A DNA stretch of 64,000 nt from Marsupella aquatica (GCA_973895155.1 OZ316895.1:5087181-5151180); one strand, 5' to 3'; shown: positions 12,901 to 25,636, counted from the stretch's first letter. Notes: a model not told the origin generated them from the sequence alone. A program made the numbers and translations.

Positions 12901-14623
12901 AATATTCTATTACAAACCTAGTGAGAATTGGATTTGCTATGTTGTTTGCTGTCGTTTTGAATGGATTTCAATTGGATGTTTGAAGGGGAAAAGAAATTGT
13001 ATGAAAAACAACAATCATCCTCTCCCACCATGCTCAAATGGCGATTCAATGTCTATCTCAAAAAGCGAATCTAGTAGTCGTTTACCCATTCGACGTATCC
13101 TCTCTCAAAACGTGTGTCCGCAAATCCCTGCTGTTTGTCACATTAGATACGTATGCGTGGTGGCGTAATTTGTCCGCCGTAGACTTGGCCTTGCACAACT
13201 AGTAGCGGTCTGTCGGATGAGTCATCTAATCTTCTTTACAGAGATAGCAGCTATGGGAGCAATCCACGGAATCTATGGAGCAGACTGCAGACGCCTGTTG
13301 GCTGTAGGAGCCAGCAGGCAATCAGGCCGCCACAGGAGCGTTGCACTCCATGCCGAGTCGGTGTGATGTTGCCTTTTTCTTTCCACCTGACCGGCGGCCG
13401 AGAGGTAATCTATGTCGTGCGTGCGTATTAGGTACAATGTACAGTCCAGATCAGTGGACCGACCTATAAGAGAGTGGGGAGGAGTTTTCTCGGAACTCAT
13501 GCGCATCTGGGATTTCGCCAGGTCCGCCGGAAGGAAGGAGTCCGGTGCTGATTCGACGAAGGTCGGGAGTGGGGGACTGAGGGAGTGATGAGTATTGAGA
13601 CTTCATAGGTGGGTACCAGATTTTCTCTGGATTTCCACTTGGATTTAAGCGGGGCCTGGGTCTTCCCTAGCCATCGATTTGGTCCAGCCGGATCCCCAAA
13701 TGCCTGAGGTGAGGGCGAAACGCCTCAAGAGTCCTTAGACTGCCCACTGCCGCTCTGCAGTTCTCCACACTTACAACGATGATACCTCTAGTCAAGTGCC
13801 GGATCGTATTTGGAACTTGAAAATAAAAAGTACGATAACTATATTTGGCTCCCAAAGACAATCTAGGGTTAAAAGTTTAAATCACGACACGTTTTGTAAG
13901 GCACCTATGTATGTGGCTGCGTAATTATCCAACCTGATCAGGTCAATTCAGTAGTAAAGAAGAGGAAACTTACAATAGCCACGAGCTATGCTGCTATGGT
14001 GGATAAACAATTCAGGATAAGAAAGTCATTGTCTGGAGTATTGTAGAGGTTTGCAGCGGCCCTAAGAATTCTTAGCGGCGATGATTGGCAGTTGCGAGAG
14101 TGGGGCTCTCGCCAGTCGCCACTGTCGTACTTCTCAACAGCGTTGCAGTGCAGTGAACGGCCTGACTAGATCTGGGGTTAGCTCTTGAGGAGTACAGACT
14201 GTTGGTGTATGGATTGCTGTCAATTGCATTGTTGACCTGTTAGCGACTGTAGCAGTTGTAGCTTATCAAAGTACCAGTGGCGGCCGACTTCCCGAACTCG
14301 ACTGACCTGGAAAAAGTGCAACAGGCTCTTCGTGCGAGCGAGCGAGCTTGCTTTAGGAGTTGCACATAGAAGGAGGAACGCAGTGGCTTGGACATGACCT
14401 TCGTGAGCGACTTCGTGCAATCGAGAATCTCCGATCCAATCAGTAAAGGCGGATGTGCACGACCTTTTGTATGCCTTAGTCGGTGTGATGCTATGCGCTT
14501 TCCTCAAGCAACGTTTACCAGTACGGTGTGGATCCTACTGTGCGTTTTTAAAACCTCCTTCCCTTGCAATTCTCTCCCGCACGAAATCCTGCATGGTGTC
14601 TTTATGCAATTGAAAACCTACAA

Positions 14624-14974
14624 TTACAAGTGTTGAAACAATTCGTTGTTTACTTTGGTCGGTGACGTATGCGGTGAAAGTAATGTAGCTCTCGCACGCA
14701 CACCAGAAGATTGCAGCACAGGTGACATCTGTCTTGGGGGGGACGGAGGCCATAGCGCTCCGAGGTCATGGCTGTGCAAGGCTAAGGCTGGTGTGACGCC
14801 GCAAAAATCTAGTTCTTTCACGGGTAAAGAAGTTCCCGATACGTCGCGCTGGCGTCTGTGTCTATCAGAAGTACAGTTTCCTCGCGGAGAGACGACCGAC
14901 TTGACTGACTTGCTAGATTTACAGAGCTTCAACTTCGCCTTCGCTTGCTGGATGAGTTCTCCACCACTCGTCAT
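14624..14974 (-). CDS. Hypothetical Ser/Pro/Lys-rich ORF (116 aa from the ATG); may be a first exon or a pseudogene
   Basis: ATG at 14974 (MTSGGELIQQAKAKLKLCK...SPHTSPTK); TATA-like CATATATTAT on the minus strand near 15300. No family recognised. Confidence 0.25.
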   Translation of the reverse strand: MTSGGELIQQAKAKLKLCKSSKSVKSVVSPRGNCTSDRHRRQRDVSGTSLPVKELDFCGVTPALALHSHDLGALWPPSPPRQMSPVLQSSGVRARATLLSPHTSPTKVNNELFQHL

Positions 14975-15870
14975 TCCCAAAATTTAACACCTACTAATAA
15001 AGCGCCTCTTCTGCTACTTTCAAACTTTCCTTCGATCTCGGTGGACCATTTTCCACCGGTCTTCTGTTATGCGATTCACAGCTCGAAATTCGCGCTCGGA
15101 CTCTCGGTACCGTTTCCACTGTGCGTATGAAATCCGAAGTTGGAACTATGTTCTGCTTGGGCTAAAGAGACTTTCGCTGCGAGATAACTCGCTTTTCAAA
15201 GTACCTTTAATCACTACTGTAGTCTCTCGTCGCTCCACTGTCGTGTGAACCAAGTCCAGTTTGCAAGGGGAATACCACAAGGCGGTGGGGCACATAATAT
15301 ATGGCGGTGTGTCGCTTATGGGAATCAGAGAGAATAGTGCGGCCCTCCCCAGCTCCCCTCCCTCCTAGATGATATTCGTCAAAGTACGTCTCGACGATTC
15401 AACGTCCACGTACTATCGTAAGGGCAACAAAGGTTCCCCACGATGTCAACATGAGCATGCAAGCGTCGAAGCGGCTCGAGTTAACTGGACCGACATGCAA
15501 GAAAATTCCCCGAAGTCAAGCAAGAAACAACAGGAAACTTTAGAGGAACTTTGGCGCGAAGAAGGTTTGAGGCGTTCTGATTTATCTCGATTGATTTTTG
15601 AAAGCTTAGGCCCCACAAATTGCATGTTAAGTATAGTTTGTGGTTGTGACAGTACACTTGGACTGCTCTCACTGGCCGAAGCTGTTGGATTGGGATTTCA
15701 CCACTTCCGTCATCACGGTGTAAGTCGTGGTCATCACAAATAATACAGTATTGGAATTTAATAATCTGTTAGATTCGCCAGGCATTTCCAACAGTGCGAT
15801 TCCCTGCCAAACTTCTGTCCACTTAAGCTGACGGGAACTGCTTGACTGTTTCTATTCAAAGAGTCCCAAC

Positions 15871-16300
15871 TCAAACGCTGTGCGCGACAACGTCCGATCC
15901 ACTTTTCAAATGACTTACTACGCTTTCAGCTTTCATAAAATTGTGTTCCAAATTCTCAACTCCAACGCAATGTGCGACAATGTCAAATCGACACATTTAG
16001 GCTTTCCGCTTTCATCAAAATTGTGTCCCAAATTCTCAACTCAAACGCAATGTGCGACGATGTCTGATTGACACATTTAAGGTTTCCGCTTTTCGTCAAA
16101 TTGTGTTCCGGATTCTAAACTCAAACGCAATGTGCGACGATGTCAGATCGACTGATCAGCACTTTCCATTATCATCATCAAAATTGCGTTCCAAACTGTC
16201 CCAAATCTCAGACACAATGTGCACGATGAGGCATGACTACCCATTTCCTTCTTTCATCAAAACTGTATCAAAATTGTACAAAATTTTATCAAAATTTCTC
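15871..16300. repeat. Tandem array of ~80-bp units, ~5 diverged copies
   Basis: tcaaacgcaatgtgcgacgatgtc...ttc(a/g)tcaaa(a)ttgtgttccaaattctcaac units start near 15871, 15961, 16041, 16121 and 16208. Confidence 0.9.
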
Positions 16301-16560
16301 AGAATTATGTACAAAGCACACACCGGACGGTCTCGCCTGCTGAAGCTGCTGCTATGCTTCTCTGATAACTGCTGTCTCCTCTCCAATCAAAATCTAAACT
16401 CTCCTTCCTAGACAAATAGGGGTAGGGACACTTCGCAGGCGATCTCGTGTAAAGAATTTTGCCTACAGAACGAATTGTGCAAAAATGGTGAACGGCCAAT
16501 CGTTCGTAATCCGCCTTCGTATGTTTAACGCCGATGTCAAAATTTGTGGACTTCGATCAC

Positions 16561-18210
16561 TCACTTGCGGATGAGGACCACTAAGTTCACGTGTGACAAG
16601 CTAACCTTCTCTTCCCGAGCTTCGTCTTGAGAACGCTCGATAGCCCTACGCTCAAGACGCAGGAAAAATTCGTTGGCTACGGCCACTCCCATATGCGATT
16701 CCACAAGGACTCCCAGCAAACTTCTACATATCTTCGCTACCCTTCTGCCGCATTCGGGAGGACTCGCTCTCAACTCTTCTTGCGTCACCGGGTTGGCAGG
16801 CACATCGTCCAACAGTTCCACCCGATCGATTGCGAATTCGCTGACTTCCTCGACAGCCTCCCTCATCTCGTCAATGGTTCGGTAGTAAATAGGTATGTTG
16901 AAGCTGTCTCTCACCTGACGATCCAGAAGTCCCTGCAGCACAATCGATACACAAGTATAAATCTCGCGCTATGACTGTCGTATGTAGCTAGTAGCAGCGG
17001 CGAAAGGCACAGAAATAAGCAGCTCGTTACAGATGGTCAGGCCCATTGGGACCATTATCTTGTCCAGAGATGTAAATGTCGCATTCTGAGGTAGCGGTCT
17101 CACAGGACTCAGGCGATATCCGTGCATACCTGAGATACGAGCTCCTCGAACACTTCCTCCATGTGTCTACCGAACATTGTAGTCGCATTAGGATCATATT
17201 GAAGCGTTGGGCTGGAGTCCTTTCGTCCTTTCATTAGCAAGAACATAAGGCCGCCAGAAACCATCTCTTCCGCCCGGGCTCTCAAAAACTCACACATATC
17301 CTTTCTGGCTTGCGCGGCGTAGGCCTGGCCTACCGAAGGTTTACCACCGTGAATCCACACAAAGCCATCGTTGAAGGCAGGCGAGTCCGCATCCTGGACT
17401 ATTTCAGGTATCTGTGAATCACTTCCAGAGCAGCAGGCAGGACCATGTCAGGAGAACAGATTACAACACAGCCATACACTACGAGCAAATCTGCGACGGG
17501 GTTACAAAACTACATTTGCGAAATTTCAAGGTATCCTCTCAAGGACCAATCAGTCCACGATCATGTGTCTGCAAACTTGCCTTTGATAGCCAGTGAAGAG
17601 AAAAAGAGGAGAAGACGACGTCAAGCGATGACCGGGGAAGTAAGCGCCCATAGAAAGACCCAAACACGCCCGTAGAGAAGTAGTCTCCGACAGTACTCGT
17701 CGACTGAGGTCTCTTGCGACCCTGCCCATTACGTGCTTGGTTGATGAGGCGGAACAGACCGTTGAAGTCGTTGGACAGCAAGTCGACGAAAAACACTTGA
17801 AATTCGGGAGTATGGTCCTTGTGAGAAGAGACGGAGTACCGAGATTTCATCAAGCTAACGACGAGGTTCATGTGTTCAATACTGTTCGGACCCGACGAGC
17901 ACCCAAGGTCCGCAATCTTGATCAGCGATTTGCTCGGTAAACTGATCCTCTCAATAGCAGCCTTGAGAGTGGGGAGCACAAATTTCAGTCCATCCGCCTG
18001 TGTGCGAGAATTCTTGGCGTAGCAATCATCTCCCTCCCCACCTTGCATCGCCAGGAATGCGGTCAGGTCCTGCGAGTTCTCGGCGCGATGCTGTGACATT
18101 TTCTCTCGACCCTGCTCAGTTGTTCCTTCGGCAAGGTCCGACTGCTTCAATTTCTCGGGCACGCCGCGCGGAGCTTGCGACCCAGCCAACTCAGCCGCGG
18201 AGACCGTCAT
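16561..18210 (-). CDS. SABATH-family SAM-dependent methyltransferase (~427 aa, 3 exons)
   Basis: Exons 18210-17581, 17411-17130, 16932-16561, all phase 0. Motifs MQGGEGDDCYAKNS, IADLGCSSGPNS, DLLSNDFN, GSFYGRLLP, SLHWLSK|IP, FLRARAEEMVSGG, DSFNIPIY. Intron 1 has a GC donor. A downstream ATG (MSQHRAE) is an alternative start. Confidence 0.95.
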
Positions 18211-20254
18211 AGTTGCCGGATCAATACTCACTTATTAAGAATAGTGTGGCGCCCCAATAATCCTCCGTCGAAACCGTCTGAGTCGCCACAAATGAATGGA
18301 GAAATACATGAGAAACCTTGCAACGGTGGAACGAGAACGGAATCGACGAAGTCTTCACACAGCACAACTAACTTCTATGTACCTACGTAGTAATGCGACT
18401 CGGGAACCAAAAACAAACGCTACAGTAGGTCATAATCATTCGGATGATTGCCAAGGCTCACTATATGGCAGACCAAAATTCCCTCCTGTCCTCCTACAAA
18501 CACTGCGCCGCCTGTTTTATTAACTGCCAGCCCGTCCTCGCTTGGAGTCAATAATTTCTCATTAAGATTCTGACAAGTCAGCTTACTTTGCTGTCAGGAC
18601 AAGCTGCATGTGATTGTTATCACCCTGTTCGATCTCACGGTTTTTCCTTGATTAGATCCGTGGGACAAACAGCCAGTGAGAATTAGTTAGACCTAGTTGC
18701 TGCTGCTGCCCCACGAGCGAGCGCAGGCCAATGGCTCCTCCGGGCTTTGCTGTGTTTTCCCGGCGCAAGCCCATTATTGCGCAAAGGAGGAGGAGGAGGA
18801 GGCGATCGTCGCTCCGCGGAAACAGCTCCTCCACCGGGAAAACTCAACTCAACTCCGGATGCCGACCGTCATGAACGAACGGCTTCCTTCATCACGGCAG
18901 AAGACCGCTCGTCGTTTTTGATACCGTGATCAGAATGACGACAAGGGTTTACGAGTTGCGACGAGAAGTCGAGACCTTCAACAGACAGAGAAAGCGTGGG
19001 ATGATTGCGCTGAAAAGGCATGTCTCGCAACCAACACACCATTCGCATGACCGTTTTCAGCTAAGTACTGGTCCACCAAACACTTCCCGAGTGCTTTTCG
19101 GCTCTAGCGGAGCCATTCTTACCTGGGTGAGACCACTGTGTCGCATCACTTGACATCATCACCCGTCGACTCTTTGCCACTCACCCCCGCACACTTGGTA
19201 TCTTTGCGGCTCGGATTTTTTCACCGTCTTCCAGAATGTTATAAACCCTCATCGGGCAGGTCACTCGGCAGTCCTTCAGTTTGCAGGTGGGCCCGTCCGC
19301 CCGCCTCCAGTAAGTCCCTCTCAGCACTAAATTAGTCCCCGACTCTCCAGCCTCGCAATCCCATCTCAACCCACCCCAATCCAACCCATTCAAAGTCGGC
19401 TGCGCGAGAGATAGGTACAGAAAACTCGCATCGCACTCATGACTCTACTACTCAGAAAACGAGACGCGAACTCTTTAGGGCCCAACAACACACCCGAGCA
19501 TGATCTGATGATCATCTGGGGATCAGTGACGATCGAGACATATTCACAGCAAAACATCTATCCACATCATTCAGCGCGGGTTTGCTTGCCAGCTACTGTT
19601 AGTAGCTATCCTAGCGGGCAGAAATAGGCTCTTACCTTTGGATTACAATCTCGCCAATTGACTCCAGTTGCAGTAGGAGCAGTGCGACTCTGACCAGCGA
19701 TTCACTTCGCATCAACTACAACCGGAGTGAGGAATGGAGAGGATTCAGCGAGTCTTAGCGCAGATTGTTATCCACCTTAATATGATTGTGTTTGCTCCTG
19801 CTGCAAGGATGCAATTTATGGGCCATCACCTGAGTAACTTTGCCCAGTCACGAAGCTCAGGGCCTAATCATAATAATAGGCTCTGCTTGTCGTTTCAATT
19901 GGCCTTCGGGTACTGTACAAAGGTCCTTTGTTCTGTTCTGGCATCAGTTATGTAGTAGTCGACTCGTTGTGCCAGGTAGCACAACCCGTTGCCTGTTGGC
20001 CTTCAATCGAGCTCAGCTCTCATGAGCTGCGTAGATCGAGAATCAGTGTACCCAAATTCCGTAAGTTCAGAGCAGAGCAGTAGACTCGTCTGCTGCCATT
20101 TATACATACCTCCAATTCGAGATCAAGTCGAGTAGTAGTAAATTGTCGAAAGAATCAGAAGAATCAGCTCATGCATCTGAACTATATACAGTCTCTTCCT
20201 CGAGAATACAGGCCACGAGGAAGTTCAGAGAGTCCCAGTGTGACCCGGCTTTGC

Positions 20255-20700
20255 GGCATGGCTCACCGACTCTTTTGTTTTGTAACCTGCCACTATTAAT
20301 TTCATGCCTTTTTATAGACCCCTCATTCAAATTTCACATACAATGTAGTGATTTTAACCCTACCCAGGATAGTAAGGCATGGCATGGCATGACCCCTCGA
20401 TTCTTTTGCTTCCTAACCTGCCAATCCTGTAGTGATTTCATGCCTTTTTATAGACCCTCATTCAAAGTTCATATACAATTTAGTGATTTTAACTCTACCC
20501 AGGATAGCCAGGCGTGGCATGGCATGGCATGGCCCTCGATTCTTTTGCTCTTTAAAACCTGCCACTAGTGAATTCATGCCTTTTTATAGACCTTCACTCA
20601 AATTTCATATACCCAGGATGCAAGGCAAGGCAAGGCAAGGCAAGGCAAGGCAAGGCAAGGCATGGCATGGCAGGACATGGCATGGCAGGACATGGCATGG
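20255..20700. repeat. Three ~135-bp tandem units ending in (GCAAG)n/(GCATG)n pentamer runs
   Basis: aacctgcca...ttcatgcctttttatagacc...tacccaggat...ggcatggcatg occurs three times; gcaag run at ~20620-20660. Confidence 0.9.
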
Positions 20701-21345
20701 CTGCTGGCCTCGTGGGCTATTGGCAAGAATCAAGAATGGCCAACCTAGCAAAGAGAATTATTAAAGTTGTCACTGGCTGATTTAAGATTCCCTTTCATCT
20801 AAATAACTACTGGAGTTGGGTTCCTGGGCAGGCACCAGGTGGTCAATTTGAAAAATCTACTGTAGTATGTAGAGAGTACTTGGAACTCGAGCTGTTGGCA
20901 TGGATGTCAGCCACAACCAAGCCAACCATGGTTTGAGATGCTAAACCCATGCTCTTCTACCCTATTACCTCCACATGTGTACATAATACACCTGATATAA
21001 GTCCAATCCCTCACTTAGTGCATAAACTCCTTCCCTAAAGTTAGTGTGGAAATTGCTGATTTAGTGCACCCTTTACAAGTGCAATCACTCTGACTATGGA
21101 ATACTATAACTACATGCAAATAAATGAAGGTACTTATTTATCTCAACTATGTAATGCTTGAGGCTTTAGTGTGCCAGCAAACAGGAAAACAATTCTTGTT
21201 ACGAGGAGACAAAATTCATGTTAGGAGGGGAAATCCCTACTTAGCGGCAAAATATCCTAGCTAGCCACCTGATAAATAAAACCCAAGTTGCGGACTCCTC
21301 TTTTGGCTAGTGAACCTGTTAAGACCCCCATGGAAAGGTAGACTT

Positions 21346-21470
21346 TGTGGTAGCTCACTTGAGTAGAGACTGATAGGTCTTGGGTTCAACTGTTGTGATT
21401 GACATTTCCTGACTATTGTGGTTGACTCTTCCCTTTCTGTGGGGTTTTCACAGATTTCCCCTTAAAAAAA
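21346..21470 (+). mobile_element. tRNA-derived SINE-like element, copy 1
   Basis: A-box-like GGTAGCTCACTTGAGTAGAG, B-box-like GGGTTCAAC, A-rich tail; a related copy starts at 25508. Confidence 0.5.
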
Positions 21471-24246
21471 GTTTTAAGAAGGCCCCCACGAAAAGTTCTT
21501 TTCAAAATCCCTAGCACCACATGTAGCCATGCTCTCACATCTACAATTATAATAAGTGATCCCGCCTTTTTTCGTCCTTCGTCCCGTTATGAAATACAGA
21601 ATTGGCGGGAATCAAAACTGGCCGTTAGATATTTTAGAGGATTTTTGTATCCATTCGATTCAATTACCACTTGCCCTCTCTTGCCTCTCAGCCCCCCGTC
21701 CCTGTGGGCCAGCCCTCATTGCACGTGCAAAGCATGGGCATAAGGCTCGTTCAGTCATAATTAGATAGGAACAATGATATTATTGACAAAACAAACACAA
21801 TTGTTCATGTTTGATATGAGGCATGATACTCAGACCAAACAATTGAAAAATAAATTTTGAAATAACAAACAACAAGGTAAAATAAAGTAACTGGTTGGAT
21901 TTTTGGTCAGAGATATGATGTCTTGTCAGTTGTATTTCAGTGTTTAATCATAATGCTTATTCATTCTGGATTTTTCCCGGATTTTTTGCAAGTTTTTTTT
22001 TTTTGCCTTGAAAGATCATTTGGAGATTTGCAAGATTTTTTGCAAGTTTTTGAGAAAGCCAACATAACGTAAATGCAAACAGTTAGGACCCCTTGGGCAC
22101 CATATTGTAAAACAAAATAACCTATCTTAGTAACTCTTGATCTTTGGAAATTCATGATCTTCTTAGTACTTGATGAACTTGGATCCAAACCAAAATGGTT
22201 TCCTGAAAAATCCTAGTCCCCACTCCATAGATATATTCACATTCCAGGAAAGTGCTGGACCATATGGGAAGCACTAACATATATCCTGTATGTTTTTCTT
22301 TTTTTGAAATATTAGGCAAATAATGAGAAACCATCCAACATATATATTGCACAAAGTACAAGGTGGGATTCTCTATCATAAAAGACAATATGCCAGAAAG
22401 AGCAATCACTACCTCTAGTCACCTCCTGAGAAACGCCAACTAGACATTGCTTTTAATGATCTATGGAAATTAACAAGTCCTTGACCAAGAGGTCACACCA
22501 GACTGGGCGTAGACGAGACTAACTAAGCCACTCTCTTGCCCCAAACACTATCTTCCCCCAATGCACTGAGGTGAGGACCTTGTGTTTAAAATTTGCAAAA
22601 TGTGGTGGAAGAAGGTAATTGGAATCCTTCAACAAAACTAACCGCAGTGACAGAAATGACTGAGAAAGAATTCTGCTTTAGTCCAGGCATCCTAACTGCA
22701 GACATTGTCTAACTACAAGGCATAATTCTTCCCATTTTTCTGACCATTGTCGCAGTTTCTATAAGTGCGAATAAGACATTCAAAATGGCAAAGTCTTAGA
22801 TTGCAAGGATTGAACCAGATACGTAGAGTGAATGATGGAAAAGCTCAATCTCATAGAGATTGGAATTTGGGGATTCTGGCAAGGAGAAAACCATGACAAA
22901 TCAACTCAGTAGTCGTAACTCAAGTGTAGATGTTTTATTGTTGAAGCACATCCAAGAGAGCTTCAATGTTTGGGAAGCTTAAATAGAGTATGCCCTCAAC
23001 CCCAATATTGTTCCCATTTCTCCAACTTTATGCAAAAGAGGATAAAGGTGACTCACTCCTATATTGCCACTGGCCTTTTTGTGGCAAATCCCATACTTTT
23101 CCACTCTTTTTTTAGTATGATTACTACATTCCTACCTTTTTACATCCTTGGTTAAGCAGATTAACTCTGGTTTCCCTGGGCCCTTAGCTCATGATATAAG
23201 GCAACATGAGTGCAAACCTTGGTGCAAACATCCAATGGGTATTAAAAACTGATTAGTGAAATAATGTTATAATTGGGTCATAAGAAATATATGAAGGTGC
23301 GTTACCCCCTTGGTCAAAGTTATAATACTGCGGACTAATTTAATTGGTGCGTACATAGATTATTTGAGTTGATGGGGGTCCAAAATAGCTGACGCCATAT
23401 TTCACTACATGATTGGACCACGTGTCAGCACATGTTTGGGTGACAATTCATTTCATTTAGGCAGGGTTCATGGTCTGACTGGGGTTTGAGGGCAGGGTTA
23501 GAGTTTAGGCCCTCTATTTGGTTTCATAATGCAAGCTAGGGCAATTGCCCTCCGCGAGCCCTCAACATTGAAATTTAGACTATCACCAACTTTAGATTGA
23601 TTCACACCTGTCCCAAGCCAAGTCTGGATTGTCAAGAGGGGTTTCCTCACCTGAAGCCGATTGCCCAATTTGCTTGACTCCACTCACCACCCCTCTCCTC
23701 AGCTCCGCTCTGTCCACCATTGCTCTCATTGTAGTGGAGTTGCCTCATTTTCTCGGACCTCCAAGTAGTGACGACCACTTTGACCCCTGTGCAAACACCT
23801 CAGCCCCAATTCCCCTGAACGAACTCTCCCTCCCCATCTAACTCATGGTCAAACGCTTGATCTGTTGCCCACCTAGCCCAATCCTTGGTCCACATTCTTC
23901 CTTGCTTGCATGCTCACCTTGAGGCTATATATTCCCTTTTGGCAAATCTAACAGTGACTCTAGGAACCCTCCAGTACTGTGGAAAATCATCATTAATTTT
24001 GGCCTTTTGTTGATCAATTTTGTGTGACAAGCACCCATTTAATGTTATATCTGTTATGTTTTGCCTCTACTAGTATAACATATTCACTCCTATAGTACAG
24101 CAGGCTGATGGTTTGGACATTTTGTGACCAATTGTGATGGTTTGGTGTCGGGGCAGTGGAGGCATACTACTTGAATAGATATGCTGATTGAAATTGTTGT
24201 TCTCTAGTTCAAAAAACAGAAATTTCTGACAGTAGGAAGTTCATAA

Positions 24247-24704
24247 GGGATCAATAATTTATTTTTATTTATGACAATGCCACTAAATTTTTTTAATTTA
24301 TCACAACGCCACAGTTTTTGTTTATGGGTTAAGAAAATTAACCCGGGTTAGCTCCTTCACATCCAATGGCTCTCATTGCACCTAGTCTTGCAATTGGGCA
24401 ACTCTGAACTCCCTCAAAGTGACTTTGACCACCCTCAATATGACCGAGACAAAGGTTGTGTGCAAGGACAGGTTGGCCCTGAACAAATGCTATGCATAGG
24501 AGGGACCGGACCACCCGACCCACCCCTTGAGGTTGTTCAAAGTCACCTTGAGGGAGACCCAGGCCATCCAATCACAAAATTGGGTCTGATGACAACCATT
24601 GCATGTGAAGGAGATAACTGAGAAGATAACCCAGGTTAGTTTTCTTAACCTACAAACAAAAATAGTGACATTGTGATAAATAAATAAATCTCAATGGCAA
24701 TGAC
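24247..24704. mobile_element. Foldback MITE (Mutator-like) with ~165-bp inverted arms
   Basis: 24277-24438 (atttatcacaa...ggttaagaaaattaacccgggttag...ctccttcacat...ctccctcaaagtgactttga) is an imperfect reverse complement of 24527-24700. Confidence 0.8.
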
Positions 24705-25084
24705 TGTACCTATTATACCAAAAGAGAGTCGGTGACAATCTAGTAAATCTCAAATTGCAGAAATCATGATTGGCCGTAGTTAGGGCTAACCTTAGTCGTA
24801 GACTAGGTTAGGTTAGTCATGCTGCACACACACTATACCCAAACTGTGTTTGCTTGGAGAGGAGTAACTCAGGCTCATTGTTACGGAGCCAGTTGAGAGA
24901 TAGGGAGAGCTTGTGTTGTGGATACTTGATATGGTCAGTCAGTCTAGAGTACAGTAATAAAAGCTCTTGTATGTTCCCGTGGACGTAGCTTCATGTGGAG
25001 GTGACCCACATATCTTTCGGTGGCGATACTTGTGCGTTGGATGATTCATGGGCCTGTCATTGCAATTGTCGTCTATGCTCAACA
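24705..25084 (+). mobile_element. Solo LTR of a Copia family related to the 53-61 kb element
   Basis: TGT...CAACA ends, 380 bp. Its reverse complement gtgggtcacctc...gctacgtccacgggaa matches the core gtggttcacctc...gctacgtccacgggaa of the LTR at 60754-60992. No TSD evident. Confidence 0.65.
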
Positions 25085-25507
25085 AAGTTTAATTTAAAAT
25101 ACTATAATTCTCAAAGTCGTAAAAGACCTCTAACATTTTTCTACAAAAATTTATAAATCTTCCACTAAACCAAGTAGAAAACTACTTATCTGTGTGTCAT
25201 GGGTTAAATTGTCTTTGTACCTGACCTTATCCCGGGTAGAGAAGGTTGACAATTGAAACTGAACGCAATTGTTGTGTTTTTTATTGAAAACTTGAGGCAT
25301 TACTTGAGGTGTTTTTTCACTGCTTACTGAATTGTTTTTATCTTTACTTGAGGCAGGGTCATAAGTTTTCCCAACAGGCCTTGGAAGTGGTCACCTTTGC
25401 CAAAGTAGTCTGAATGTGAGACTTGCATGTCAACAAGATGATCATCCCATCATGTGCTGCCTGAGCATTGTAAGCCTCTTGTCGAGCTGCCCAGAGAGGC
25501 ATGGCTG

Positions 25508-25636
25508 TGTGGTAACTCACTTGAGTTAAGACTCACAGGTCTAATTGAGAGACTGATCTCCCTAGACGTGTGCTTTCCTTTTTGACTTGCAGTCAGGATG
25601 GGTTTCTCGGAGTGTTATTTCCCCTAATTTTTTTTC
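25508..25636 (+). mobile_element. SINE-like element, copy 2 (more diverged)
   Basis: tgtggtaactcacttgagttaagactcacaggtct matches tgtggtagctcacttgagtagagactgataggtct of copy 1; shared 3' gggttt...atttcccct. Confidence 0.4.

Noticed and set aside
15871-16300. CRISPR-like regular array
   Set aside because: Whole units are homologous with no unique spacers, there are no cas genes, and the context is eukaryotic.
20432-20780. ORFs with ARQGK/HGRTW repeats
   Set aside because: These are translations of pentamer microsatellites.
21346-21420. tRNA gene
   Set aside because: No acceptor or anticodon stems; treated as SINE-like instead.
22150-23150. LINE endonuclease relic (-)
   Set aside because: Only vague motif resemblance; not supportable by eye.
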